The translations under genes were made by a program, and so were the position numbers. Source: Conidiobolus incongruus B7586 (Eukaryota). From it: DNA of 64,000 nucleotides. The notes under the pieces are model-generated. The model saw only the letters and a list, made by a program, of their open reading frames with translations, was not told the origin of the DNA and did no database searches. Shown here one piece after another: positions 12,090 to 24,472 of this stretch (within the stretch, counting starts at the first letter, position 1; each line of letters opens with the position of its first letter). Location of the stretch: contig JNEM01011122.1 in NCBI GenBank assembly GCA_000697335.1, positions 1 to 64,000 on the forward strand, written 5' to 3'.

Positions 12090-12822
12090 TTCTTAATACT
12101 TTTTATTGAAAAGTTTTTAAAATTTATTGTTACATTTAACTATATTTAAATTAAACAATAATTAACAAAAGTCCCTTACTTTATTATCACCAAACCTCAA
12201 CCATAAACCCTTTAAAATCATTTATGATTCTCAAATAAATTATAGAGATAAAGTTTTATATAAAACTACTATTTCTTATTAGATTTGTTATTTTATTGTT
12301 AAAAAGGAAAATATTTAAAGTTTATTTAAATTGAAAAGATTAATTTTTATTTCTATTGTTTGAATTATTAACATAAAAATATATTAAAAGATATTGTTTT
12401 ATTTCAACTAAAGAATTATATAAGGAATTTAATATCAATTATATTATTATATTATAAAGATTAAAGTATAAAATTAAATTAATTAATAAATATATTAAAC
12501 AAATACCTTATAATCAAAGAAAAGCTTAGAAAAAACTAAAGTAGCTATTATTAAATAAAACATATTAAAATATAGCTTAAAACTAAAGTTTCTATAATTA
12601 ATTATTATAATTAATCCATCTTAAATTCCCTTATATAATTTTTACCTCAAAACAAAATAAAATGTTAGGTTAAAACAATTCCATTTATAATGTCTAATAA
12701 ACAAACACTTTATTAATGAACATATGTAAATTTTTATAATAGGTTATAATACAATATAATTTTCCTATTAAGTTTATAAAAATAAATTTTCTAATAACAA
12801 GTTTTATATTTTTTTTATAAAA
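11923..12822 (+). mobile_element. Decayed DD34D mariner element, copy 4 (3'-truncated)
   Basis: Left end AAGAAATGGTAAATTTTTTAATTTCTGATTTTTCAAATATATTATTA matches copy 3; AACCATAAACCCTTTAAAA shared; ATACCTTATAAT (WVP relic) near 12503. Homology ends near 12822. Confidence 0.85.
12051..12087. repeat. (TA)n microsatellite inside mariner copy 4, at the same relative position as in copy 3
   Basis: Read directly; about 18 TA units. Confidence 0.95.
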
Positions 12823-12837
12823 TTGTAATTATGTTGA

Positions 12838-13115
12838 TAATAAAATATAGAATCTATGTTAATTCATTTACTAAGGCATCTACATGATATTTGGAATATT
12901 GTATAATCTCATTTATATTCCTTTGGTGGGTTATAGATTAAAAAACCTGATCAAGGAAAGTCTTTTAAATTAGATTTTACAGTCTTATGCTAATTAAACC
13001 ACTCTTGAATACTATGTTTTGAAAACCCTTTGCTACCAGGTACTATTTGTAAATTATAATTAGTAGTTGATATAAATTTTTTTACATAAAATAATATTTT
13101 AAAAGATGTTTTTGT
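12838..13115 (-). mobile_element. N-terminal (HTH) fragment of a second, different mariner-type transposase
   Basis: Minus strand reads NLQIVPGSKGFSKHSIQEWFN*HKTVKSNLKDFP*SG and, after a frameshift, ITHQRNINEIIQYSKYHVDALVNELT*IL. This resembles the mariner pattern LQxxxGxxxxSxxTVxEWFxRFKxGxxxLEDxPRSGRP...ENIxxV. Confidence 0.6.
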
Positions 13116-13917
13116 TTAATTCAGGTACAATTTAAAATTTCATGATTTTCAGTAAATTAAATTCATTGAAGTTCCTCTAAACATCTATATATATAATATG
13201 CTACTTAATCATTGATTATTGTTTACCATAATACCGAATTAATATTGAAATAGCTATAATTCATAAAATTCTGTTTGATTATTACCTAAGATCTTTTTGA
13301 ACTTCTGTATATCATTAAAAAAATTCAAAATTTTCAATTTCTATATACTGAAAAATATTTTTCAAACTATATTACATACTATCCCAATGTGATAAAATTA
13401 TCTCAAGTTGTATTGTTTGTTACAGATTGGAATAATGCTTACTTCTAAAAGTTAAATTGTACAAAATCCAAATATTAAAAATATGACTAGATATTATTAA
13501 CTACAATTATATTTTAGGTGAAATTTACATTAAAAATTATAATTCGATAATTAAAAGTTGAATCAATTAGACCAATTTTATCCAATAAAATTATGCGTAT
13601 AAAATAAATCATACGATTTCAAATTTGATATGAATCAAATAAATTGTGATAAAAGCCACTAGTAATATAACAGTTTTATTAAAATATATTAATAAATGTA
13701 AGAATATTTTATAGAAAAAATATTTTAATTGAAGCAGCTCAACTACAACTTGATGAATGATAATAATATGGAAGTGATGGACTGCATTTAAAATTATTCA
13801 ATAGATAACCTTATAATGAATATATTGCTCTATAAAAGAACTTTCACATCACTTACGTCATTAGAATATGAAATATTCCCAGTGATTGAAAGGTGGATGA
13901 ACTGCTCAGAATCATAA

Positions 13918-14793
13918 TTACTGTTGAAAGTAAGGATGCTGAAGTGCTTCCCTAGCTGATATACGATCGGCAGGTACATAAATTAACATCCTATTAAGTA
14001 AATTGAGAGCTGTGCTATCCATCATTTTCAAAGCAACTGACAAATCTTGAGGTGGATACTTGGTCACAGAGATATTGTAATTAGGAAGAGAGGATAAAGC
14101 GGGCCAGGTAATTGGATTAGGAGTACCAAGGAGTCTATATATTCTCATAATTTGATCTTCATTGGTACTTCCTGCAAAAAGAGGTCTTCCAGAATACATC
14201 TCAGCCATAATACATCCAACGGACCAGATGTCAACTGAGGTGGAATAGTTTCGACTGCCTAATAGTACGTCGGGGGATCTGTACCAGAGGGTAACTACTT
14301 CGCAAGAGAATGTAGACACTGGAATACCAAAGGAACGAGCTAAGCCAAAGTCACCAATTTTCAAATTACCATTTGCATCAATCAGCAAGTTTTGAGGCTT
14401 TAAATCTCTGTGAATAACGCGACTCTCATGACAAAAAGCAATACCTTCAAGCAAGTCCTTCATAAACTTTTTACAAGTAGCTGGCTTTAAAGCACCTGAA
14501 GTACCATGTTGTTCCATATACTTTTTCAAATCGCATTGCATATATTCAAAGACCAAAAGGAGGCGCATTTCAGAATGAACGACATCTAACAGATTGACAA
14601 TGTTTTTATGCTTTAATTCTTTCATCAGTGAAATTTCTCTAATAGCGGTAGAAGGTGCTCCCTCCTCAGAATCGAGGTGAATTTCCTTTAGAGCGACCAC
14701 TTCATTAGTTTCCTTTTTTATACCTCTATAAACAACAGCATAAGTACCCTCCCCCAATTTTTCCTTAGGGATATATTTTTCAGAGTTCGACAT
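13918..14793 (-). CDS. PHO85: Pho85-type cyclin-dependent kinase, 291 aa, no intron in the coding region
   Basis: [67 protein letters not shown] and [13 protein letters not shown] are Pho85-characteristic rather than Cdc28/Cdk1. Confidence 0.92.
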   Translation of the reverse strand: MSNSEKYIPKEKLGEGTYAVVYRGIKKETNEVVALKEIHLDSEEGAPSTAIREISLMKELKHKNIVNLLDVVHSEMRLLLVFEYMQCDLKKYMEQHGTSGALKPATCKKFMKDLLEGIAFCHESRVIHRDLKPQNLLIDANGNLKIGDFGLARSFGIPVSTFSCEVVTLWYRSPDVLLGSRNYSTSVDIWSVGCIMAEMYSGRPLFAGSTNEDQIMRIYRLLGTPNPITWPALSSLPNYNISVTKYPPQDLSVALKMMDSTALNLLNRMLIYVPADRISAREALQHPYFQQ

Positions 14794-14803
14794 ATTATAT
14801 AAA

Positions 14804-14852
14804 CTGTTAAATAATTAGTATATTATAAAATTAATATAAATTGATAAATTAC
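14804..14852 (-). other. Putative 49-nt 5'-UTR intron of PHO85
   Basis: Minus strand GTAATT...TACTAAT...AACAG ends 10 nt before the ATG; size and signals match the other introns in the window. Confidence 0.5.
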
Positions 14853-16889
14853 TATGTTAATAATTAATATGATAAATTTTTAGGTAATTAAATTGAATAA
14901 AAAAAGACTGCTAATTTGAATAATGATAAATTTAAATTGTTTATAGGATCATTAAAGTGAATTGATTGTGGGATAATCAAATTATATGGAGAACTTGGGG
15001 AAATTTGTCCAATTTACTCATTTAGTAAGATTATTTTTTACAGTTTAATTACTAATCAATATTAGAATAACACATTTTATATAATTATAATATTCGTTAT
15101 CTTTGTGTTGATAAGTATTGCTTTCTTTTCCATTAATTTAAATTTTAACAGTCAATATTTATTTAAATCCATATCAAGTTAAATTGATGTCAAACTTAGA
15201 GTTGAATAATGCATATAATCACACATCTAAACTATAACATTGCCAGACATATAATACTTTTACATCACAACAACATAAACAGATTTAAGTATTATAATGA
15301 GCAATACAATCATCATGAAAAATTCTACCATTGTTAATATTAACAACGCAGTTTTCGAAACAAATATAATTGAACTAAAATATGCAAATGAAATTAAATG
15401 ATTAAAACCAAATCACTATTAACTTATAACATATCATATTAAATATTTAAAAAATTAAATTCACAAAACTTTTTACTATACTAGATATCGATTAATATTC
15501 TACCAAACTTGATTATTATTAATTTATTAAAATTTTCTTAAATTTTATAAATTTAAACAATTTCAATCATCCAAACTATATTATAATCAAATTATGTTTA
15601 ATATCTGTAATTAATATAGTTCAATAATTTTTTATGAATATTTATATGAATCATTCAATATTTTACTTCAATATATTGAACTAAAGGTTTTCTTAAATAC
15701 TTTTAGAATATAGGAATATTCATTTTGGACCAAATTCTATTTTTTATTAACTTATTGATAATATTTAAGGTATTTATTCATCACTATATATCACAAAAAA
15801 TTGATATTATTATTTGACATTAACGTATTCATAAATATTCCAATAAATTTGTATAATTTTCTGAATAAATTATCTTGTTGAGATTTGACCATTAAACGCT
15901 TCAAATTTTTATATTATAAACAATGTTAAATATTAAAAGCTAAATAGTTTTGTTAAATCATAAATTTAATCAATACTAAAATAAAATATTTATTATTCTA
16001 TTATATTATAATAATTAATTAATTAAAATATTTTTAATAATAATGCCTTAAATATTAAATTACTGTACAAATTTGAATTAAATACAAATAATCAAAACAC
16101 AATACTATCAAGTGTAATTTTTCAAGTGATTAGACAGTATTGATTAGATTCTAGGAAAAATTACTTAAATATTTTAAATATTAATTGAATAATTCATTAA
16201 TATTCTTCTAGGTGTTATATTTCAAAATTCCCTGTCTATCTCAATTGATAATTAAGCCAATGATATTTCTTTTTTAGGCTGGCTTTGTCGGTCTATAATT
16301 AAAAGGTACTCTTTGTTAGATTTTAACCAAACTCTATGTCATTCACTGGATGAACTATTTAAACCCGGGAGTAATAAAGAGAGAAGAGAGTATTTTTGGA
16401 TACTCTTCTACAATATCTCAACAATAAGTAAACTTTAAGATATATTATTCTAACATGTTAAAGAGCAGGATCAATAATTAATTTACTAAATTATATTACA
16501 AGTGCTTTTCTATTAATGATCATTATTGACAAAACATATTACAAAACACAACTTAGGTTGCAAATGAGTTTTATTTCACTAACATATTTTGAAAAGCTGA
16601 TTGAATGATTTTAAATAATGGTATTAGGAATTTCAGCTTATTGAATATCAAAATAACACGTTACTAATTTAGTGATGCCATTACTAATTTAATCAAAGTT
16701 TAATAGATATTGAAAGCCTGTTGAAAAGTAACCTTGCAATATGGATCATGCAGATTCAATAATGTAGAGCAAAGATGATTAACAAAGTATTTTAGAAATT
16801 TTATTAACACTTCAGTATGTAGGGTTGGGTCCTGATCAAATGATCCCGGAGCAAATATGTGCTCAGTGGAGATTTTATAATGCTATCAA

Positions 16890-17353
16890 TTCTTGACCAA
16901 TTTGTTGAGTCACTAATTTCAGTTGCTTTCCGGAATTTCACATCATACAAGGATTCTGCATGTTACTTGAGTGAACTATATCCGGGATAGCAACAGAAGG
17001 TTAAAGTTGAATAGTGAGTAGACCTCGTCATCCGCGATAAAATGCTGAAAAAATTCATCACGAATTACAAAAATCTGGCAATGATCAAAATATTTTTAGA
17101 AATTCAAATTCAACTATATGTTGAAATGCCTCACTCTTTTATGGTCATTCCAAATTTCACAAACGACAAAAGTTGTATTAATGAGGTAATAGAATTCATT
17201 AATAACAGTATTATCCCTGGCTCCAAAGATGGAAAATCAATCAATTCCAAGGAATTTGAATATTATATGTTTAATACTGTTGGCACAAGCGAGTCCTATA
17301 CTACAAATTTCAATCTTCCCAATGGGAATTGGGGATCAAGCTCAATGAGATGA
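16890..17353 (+). pseudogene. Decayed C-terminal fragment of an HSL-family esterase, paralog of 19559-20992
   Basis: IQIQLYVEMPHSFMVIPNFTNDKSCINEVIEFI...SKEFEYYMFNTVGT matches IQVQYYAEMPHAFMVIPNFTEDKRYMNETVKFI...TKELECYIFNTDGT. Upstream of a frameshift near 17098, NAEKIHHELQKSGNDQN matches YAKKIYNDLIESDSNQN. In-frame stops lie further upstream; no HGGG or GDSxG found. Confidence 0.8.
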
Positions 17354-19558
17354 TATTCAATAATCTAACGATGTGCCATAAATAACCAAGCTATAAACAA
17401 AATATGTATTAAAATGTAATTACTAATACTATGGCTATCCAGATTATTCTTAAACAAAGTATATTGATATTTTTGTTACTTTTTTAATTTTACTATTTCG
17501 TTTGTGATACATTATTATCCCAATATTGTATATGTTTCACTAATATTTTATGTTATATATAATAGCCATGTAGTATTGGCAAGTTTTCAGTTTTGATCAA
17601 CAAAATTTCATGTTCAATCATAATTTAAATATGATTCAAAGATAATATATTGTGAGAAACGCTCGATTATTGATTTCATTGATTAGGTCATTGAAAACCA
17701 TTGAAAATATTAGAATAAAATAATCAAGTCATACCATTATATCTTTTTTTCACCGAAATAGAATAATCATTTTTTAAATTTTGAATTATAACGATCAAAA
17801 AATTATTGAGTACATACAATCTATAAAAGCTCACTGATTTTTATTTTATTAAAATATTTGAATAAAGAATTGTCAAGTTATTTATCATTTTTGAACAAAC
17901 TATTTTGTTTAAATGGAAATATATATTCAAATTACCATATTTACATAAATCAGAAATTCTGAAATATAATGTATTGTATCAATTTTAACTAATATTATGA
18001 ACTTGGAAGTTAAAATTACCAATATTTTATAGTGATACTAAAAATGAAAAATAAAAAAATGTTTAATTTTGTAAATTGTTTACTATTTCATATCATCATT
18101 CAGTTATTTTTCATAATGATGAATAAACAGTGATATTTCAAATTATATCAAATATATATCTATATATAATAATTTAATTATTACATTTTATATCAGAAAC
18201 AGAATATATTCATAAATTTTAAATACAGCTATTATTATTCAACTCAAGAGATTGATGAACGATCTTGAATATTTTAAAGATATGGTAAAATTCAATTTAA
18301 ATATTTGTAAATTAAGGTATATTGACGAATATACAAATTTGAACTATTGTTCTATCTAATGTACCATAAAAAAGTATTATTGTCCATAATTATTATAAAA
18401 AATATCTCTTCTTGAGGTAACCAATGATGAATAATACTTAAATTACTAATTTAAAATTCATTATATACTCCGGAAATAAGCTTTATCTCTACATTTGAGC
18501 ACATTCTTAATCTTGAATTTATATACTTACAATCTCAATTTGCTTAATATCTAGACAATTATAATATTTCCTATATCAATTGATAAGTTTAAAACTGTAT
18601 TCTAATGTTATTGCAAATCAAATCAAACTCGTCATATTTGTCCCAATTGTATCATATTGGTTAATTGGTAGTTATTGGAATATTGTTTGGTTAATCTGAT
18701 AATATATTCTATCAAGTAATCGATACAAGAAATATTGGTATTTATCAAAATTAGTATAATAATAAAAAAGTTATTTCAAAATTATTACTAAAACGTTATA
18801 ATTCAAATATTAAACAGAAATTATTTGACCAATGGGATATATAAAACTGTGACTTTGGATATTTGTTATAAACCAATAACTAAAATAACTCACCCGGAAT
18901 AATATATAAATTATAATCACTAAAGTCGGAGTTTTGGTAGATACCTAATGGAAGCTCTTGTAATGATATATATTTCTTTAACCGCTCAAGATTCTATTTG
19001 AAATTATAATAAAATTTTCACAATAATTTTAGATAAAAACTCTAAACTTTATAACCCTAAATAATAGTCTTTACTCATTACATTCATCAATGAATAAAAA
19101 TACAAATTAGCTCAGTAATTAGTAAAATGATACTGTCTGGTTAAACCATTTCCCATAATAATTAATATAGCTTGATTAAAAAGCCTTATTAAGCTATTCT
19201 TTATATTTTTTAATCATAGTTTTATTTGAATTTTATCTTTATTGATAACTATTCATCAACCTTCGATTCTAAATATATAAATATATATTATTAAAGTTTA
19301 AAATACGATTTCATTAAGATCTGCATGCGCATCAAATTTATCTGAATTAGGATTCATTAAAATCTATATTTCCGTTCATTAATTTGAATTATTAAAAAAT
19401 AGATAATTAAACTACCTTATATAAATAAGTTAAGATTTAAACAGGTATCAAATTAAAAGCGATTCGAGGGATATATAAGTAGGTAACGTTTTTAACAATT
19501 TGTGAGTAAAAACTGTATATTAACAATAAATTAAAAACAATTGTATATTAATTATCAT

Positions 19559-20992
19559 ATGATCAGATCCACAATGAAAAACATTACTATCAAGCAATGG
19601 ATCAACAATTCTGTAGCTTTGATGAAATGGCATTTTGCTACTATTAGTGGTATTTTGAAAGGTGCTTTCCTCTATTACACAGTTGGACCTGACCAACCAT
19701 CATGGAAGTTAATTCCACAATCATTAATCACTACCTTAAGAACATTGGATACTGTAAATACAAATGCAACCATGGATTATTACAGAAATTATCAAAGCAA
19801 ATTATCCCAGACAGTGTGCTCAACCACCAACAATATCAAAATCATCATTCCCAATGAGTTCAGAGAGAAGGCCTATAACTTGGTTAAGTCATATTTGGCA
19901 CCCCGATTGGGGGAAGATCTTTTTGATGAATACAATCACTGGTCAAATAGTGATCCTCTGGAAGCTGAATGGGTGATTCCCAAAATAATAGAATTGGACT
20001 CAAAACACCCAATTTTTTTATACTTCCATGGTGGTGGCTTTTATGAGGGCAGTTTTTCTACATATCGCGAACCTGTGGGTAACATTGTAACGGAATCTAA
20101 AATTTTAGGCCTTGGACTCACTTATCGATTGGCGCCAGAATTCACTTTCCCATGTCAACTGGAAGATGCTTTGGCTTCAGTCTTGTACTTGACAACACCA
20201 AAATCTGAAAATGGATTTGGAGGTTCTTTAGATCAAATTGTCGTTGGTGGAGATAGTTCAGGAGGGCAGTTAACATCAATTCTTTTCCATTTCATGCGCG
20301 ATGCCAACTTGGGTCAAGCCGCTTGTGGTATTCTTTGGAGCCCTTTGTTAGATTGTACTCACAGTCAGCCTAGCACTCGAGAATTGACACATTCAGATTT
20401 TTTGGATGGATTCATATATACTCCACCTGATAAAAGATTGAATGTTGAGAATAGCTCAAGTTATAAATTAACTTATTTCGCATCATCTGAGCCTATAAGA
20501 AACAGAATGGAAAAAGATGGTCATTATTTATGTAAAATTCAGCATGTTAACCACCCCTTAATGAGTCCCTTATGTGATACTAATTTCTCTAACTTACCTC
20601 CAATGCTGATCCAAATAGGTCATGGTGAATTATTGAGAGATGAAGGATATTTATATGCCAAAAAGATATACAATGATCTAATTGAATCTGATAGCAACCA
20701 AAACACTTCTAAAATCCAGGTTCAATATTATGCAGAGATGCCTCACGCTTTTATGGTTATTCCCAATTTTACTGAAGATAAGAGATATATGAATGAGACT
20801 GTCAAATTCATCAAAGAACGACTTAATCTTAATTCTATTTTTTCTGCAGTCTCTAATACCAAAGAATTGGAATGTTATATATTTAATACTGATGGTACCC
20901 GTGAATTCTATAACCCAGATTTCAAATTCGAGCCAATTCCTATTTGGAATCAAACTAAATATGAAATCGAAAGAGATTCTAGCTCTGTATAG
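19559..20992 (+). CDS. Hormone-sensitive-lipase family alpha/beta hydrolase (Abhydrolase_3-type esterase/lipase), intronless
   Basis: LYFHGGGF oxyanion motif, YRLAPE, GDSSGG nucleophile elbow, GHGELLRDE, EMPHAF. The ORF track starts at TTG 19541; first ATG is 19559 (alternative 19574). Confidence 0.9.
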   Translation: MIRSTMKNITIKQWINNSVALMKWHFATISGILKGAFLYYTVGPDQPSWKLIPQSLITTLRTLDTVNTNATMDYYRNYQSKLSQTVCSTTNNIKIIIPNEFREKAYNLVKSYLAPRLGEDLFDEYNHWSNSDPLEAEWVIPKIIELDSKHPIFLYFHGGGFYEGSFSTYREPVGNIVTESKILGLGLTYRLAPEFTFPCQLEDALASVLYLTTPKSENGFGGSLDQIVVGGDSSGGQLTSILFHFMRDANLGQAACGILWSPLLDCTHSQPSTRELTHSDFLDGFIYTPPDKRLNVENSSSYKLTYFASSEPIRNRMEKDGHYLCKIQHVNHPLMSPLCDTNFSNLPPMLIQIGHGELLRDEGYLYAKKIYNDLIESDSNQNTSKIQVQYYAEMPHAFMVIPNFTEDKRYMNETVKFIKERLNLNSIFSAVSNTKELECYIFNTDGTREFYNPDFKFEPIPIWNQTKYEIERDSSSV

Positions 20993-23509
20993 CTGATACC
21001 TTTATCCAATCAAATTTTTGTATAATAAAGTTCTGTAAAATATATATTATTCCTTTTATCTATATCCTTAATCTTTCATTGAAATTTTTCTATAGTAAAT
21101 ATTATATTAATTTATATTCAATTGAATATCCACTCAAATTTTTTCAATTGTTTGAAAATAATAATAAAATATTCAATATGACTTTGTTGATTATTGTAGT
21201 CTATATATAATATTTGAAGCAAATTTTGATATTTTTATTTTGCTTATAATATAAATAATTAGAGAATTTATCTTTTAAATATTTAAAAATGAAATTTTTT
21301 ATTTTTTGAAATATTTTCATCAATTTTAAAATTATATATCTTTTATTTTTTTTGAATAAATTACAAAATATTTACCATAAGTTTAAAATACCAGTGATAT
21401 ATATTTCAATGATAATTGAATTTTGATATTATTAAATTATTTTGATAATGTAAAGGATTTAGTTCTCAAAACTCTTATATATAACTCTAAATAATTCATT
21501 TAACTCTTAATTAATCAAGTAATTTATACTTTTATAGTTAATTTAAGTGTATAAATAATATTAATATAACTAACAAACCTGGTTCCTCTTTTTCCTCTTA
21601 ATTCTTACTATATTTAAGTTTTATTCATTATCATTAAGGTTAAGACTGTATCTATCAATATTATATTATATTAATGCTATCTAATAAAAAATGTGATATT
21701 TCTATATTGACTCATTTGTTTACAAAGCATGAATAAACTTTGTTTACTGATATATTAACTTGCCACATGGACATTATATTAAGTCTTCCTCTAAAATATA
21801 TTGGCCTTTCTACCACTACACATACAAATAATATAAATAATCAATGTAATTAAATATTACAAGTAAATATTAAGTTACAATCAAAATTCATATTAATATT
21901 TTAGTAAATATTAATTTTTAAAGTAATGAATAAGAAAAATCTGTAATAATTTAATAATTAAAATATATTTGAATCGATACGATTTTTTTTAATTGACAAG
22001 TTAATAAAGAATACTATAGTTTCAAGCAGTTTTGATAATAAATAAATTTTAATAAAATTTGTTTTAGATATAATCAATTAGTAAAAAACATATTAGTAGA
22101 TAAGATATGTCAAATAATTCTAAATTCTAATTTTTTTATTGTAGAGATGAAGATAATGGTATAGTTTATACATTCCACCTTCCTCGGGTACTATATATCC
22201 AATTATGCTAAAGATACAAATAAAACTATAAATCGTAGAATGCGATATATTATAACAGGATACTTGATAAATTAATCCACAAATTTTTTAGTCTTAAAAA
22301 TTTGAGATAAATTGAAAAATATATAATTAAGAATATTATAACAGTGACAAATTTGAAAAAAAAATTAAAGTATAATATAGCCAGTTCAACAAAGTTATAG
22401 ACTGTTATAAAATTAATTTTAGTAAATATTATCTTTTTCATTTTCTTCATTTAAAAAGCAAAAATTATAAACTATTTAAAAATCAATTGATTTTTGAATA
22501 AAATATATTTAAAAAATTTAGATATTAATGATAATTCAAAATTTTAGATACCAATATAGGATATTAATATCCATTAATAAGTAAAATTTCACTATAATTA
22601 TATTAAAAAATTTGGCGATTTCAATAAAATCTTATATTATTACTAAATATTTTTTATTCAATACTCCTGTTTGGTTAAAATAATTTAATATGTTTATTAT
22701 TTGGTTAACATAAATTATTTGGCATTTATGGGCTAATAGATAGATCCAAAATATAAATTATCGGGGAATATATATCACTATATTCTATAAAAAGATATCA
22801 AACACAAACTGACTAAACAAATATTTTAATATAATTGTATCAGCACCATATATTTTCAATAACCATGAAATAAAATTAAGGTGAACCCATTTCATAAAAA
22901 GCATTTATTGAAACCGTTTTTTAAAGTGTTATTTAATATTTTCACCAAATATAAATATCAAATTTTTTATACATGCTAATTTAATCAAATTTTAAAATAA
23001 AATCGGGATATATGCACTATATTTCATGCAAGTCTTCAAATTATGAAAGTATATGATTGAGTAATAAAAATTGAAAATATTTTAACCTATTTAACATTAA
23101 TATGACGTCTCATTTACCTTATAAAATTTGTTAAAAATTGATTTAATGCTAAATACAAGATAAAATGACAAATTATTCTGCTATAATAAAAAAAAATACT
23201 TAGCTTTATTAAATCATGTAATCAATATAGTAATATATTTAATTTTGAAATATTATATCAACTTATATAAGAGTTTCTTTAATGGAGTATTAATCTAACA
23301 TACAATTTTATATCATTTTAATTTGTAAAATGGAATAAAATAGTTAAAACAATTTATTAGCTCAAATCTATTATATTCCCATTTTGGCTATATTTTTATA
23401 ATCAGTATAGAATATTTAACTTAAAAATCAAGGACAACAATATTACTCAGAGAAAATAAAGATATAATAAATATACTCATTTTTTTAATAAAATATTCAA
23501 TTAATTAGT

Positions 23510-24472
23510 TTATTTGAATATTTTGAAGAAATTCCTAATTTTTCTAAACCACAATGTTTGTACAAATATGAGCTCTTGATGAGTTTCTTCATGAAAGAAT
23601 AATATTATAAAAGTGTTAGTTAACGGTACCAAGTTACTTAAAAATAATGTGATTTGATTCACTTTGTCCGGAACTTGAAATTGCTGGATGATAGCAATAG
23701 CTTGAATGCCAAACCAAGGTGCGAGCTCGAGGAAAAAGATAGAAATGAGTACTCCAATTTTAAATAGTGAAAACATCCTTTGTTTTTTTAACTTTGTGAC
23801 AAATTCGGGTGTTATCTCTATATTTGATGATTCGATTGAATGTGAGAACCTTGTATCAAATTTATTACCAACATTATTGTCTACGAAATATGGTGCTTTA
23901 TAGTAAAATATCATAATATTGGCATAACAAAATAAAATAACCAAAAGATAAATGAAAGAATGAAGTAATAGCCATAGCTGTATGTTACTCGATATTGAAT
24001 GATATGGTAGATAGAATGAGCATAGAAAAGTATCTCGACTCTGGATTGGTTCATTTTCGCTAACAGTATATAATATACCTGATATTGGAATTGATGAAAT
24101 GAAAATCAAAAGAATAATAGCATACCTCTTTGGTATTAAAATGTGTTTGCAGATTGCCAAATATCTTACTATCCCTAAGGTTACCACTGTGTTGAGACCG
24201 GTATTACTGAGTGAATCATATATACCAGAATTGAATCGACAGTGCCAAGGATTTAAATTAATATAAGTGTCTGTAGCAAGATACAATATTATATGAATGG
24301 ATCCATATATACAATATAGGATATCGATTACTGAAAGGATAAAAGAAACAAGAGTATCGACTTCTTTTAATCTGAATCGAATTGCCATTATATAAAAGAC
24401 AATTAAATTCATCACAATGGCAGCAGCAAAATTTACCAACTCGAAATAACTAAATAATAGCCATGCATTCAT
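23510..24472 (-). CDS. Class A (rhodopsin-like) 7TM receptor, paralog 3 (more divergent), intronless, ~320 aa
   Basis: RFRLKEVDTLVSFILSVIDIL, TLGIVRYLAICK, FLCSF and PLTNTFIILFFHEETHQE align with paralogs 1 and 2. The ATG at 24472 aligns with their starts; the ORF track uses TTG 24523. Confidence 0.85.
   Translation of the reverse strand: MNAWLLFSYFELVNFAAAIVMNLIVFYIMAIRFRLKEVDTLVSFILSVIDILYCIYGSIHIILYLATDTYINLNPWHCRFNSGIYDSLSNTGLNTVVTLGIVRYLAICKHILIPKRYAIILLIFISSIPISGILYTVSENEPIQSRDTFLCSFYLPYHSISSNIQLWLLLHSFIYLLVILFCYANIMIFYYKAPYFVDNNVGNKFDTRFSHSIESSNIEITPEFVTKLKKQRMFSLFKIGVLISIFFLELAPWFGIQAIAIIQQFQVPDKVNQITLFLSNLVPLTNTFIILFFHEETHQELIFVQTLWFRKIRNFFKIFK

Noticed and set aside
13918..14793. 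Calling the kinase CDC28/CDK1, or a simple retrocopy
   Set aside because: PSTAIRE is shared, but the flanking motifs are Pho85-type; a plausible 5'-UTR intron and no poly(A) remnant argue against a plain retrocopy.
22720..23040. Two similar motifs (TCGGG..ATATAT..CACTATATT) ~240 bp apart
   Set aside because: Only two short degenerate units in very AT-rich DNA; no array structure, not CRISPR-like.
1033..24472. The 7TM proteins as opsins (light sensors)
   Set aside because: The TM7 position equivalent to the retinal-binding Lys (seven residues before the NP proline position) is Asn in all three.
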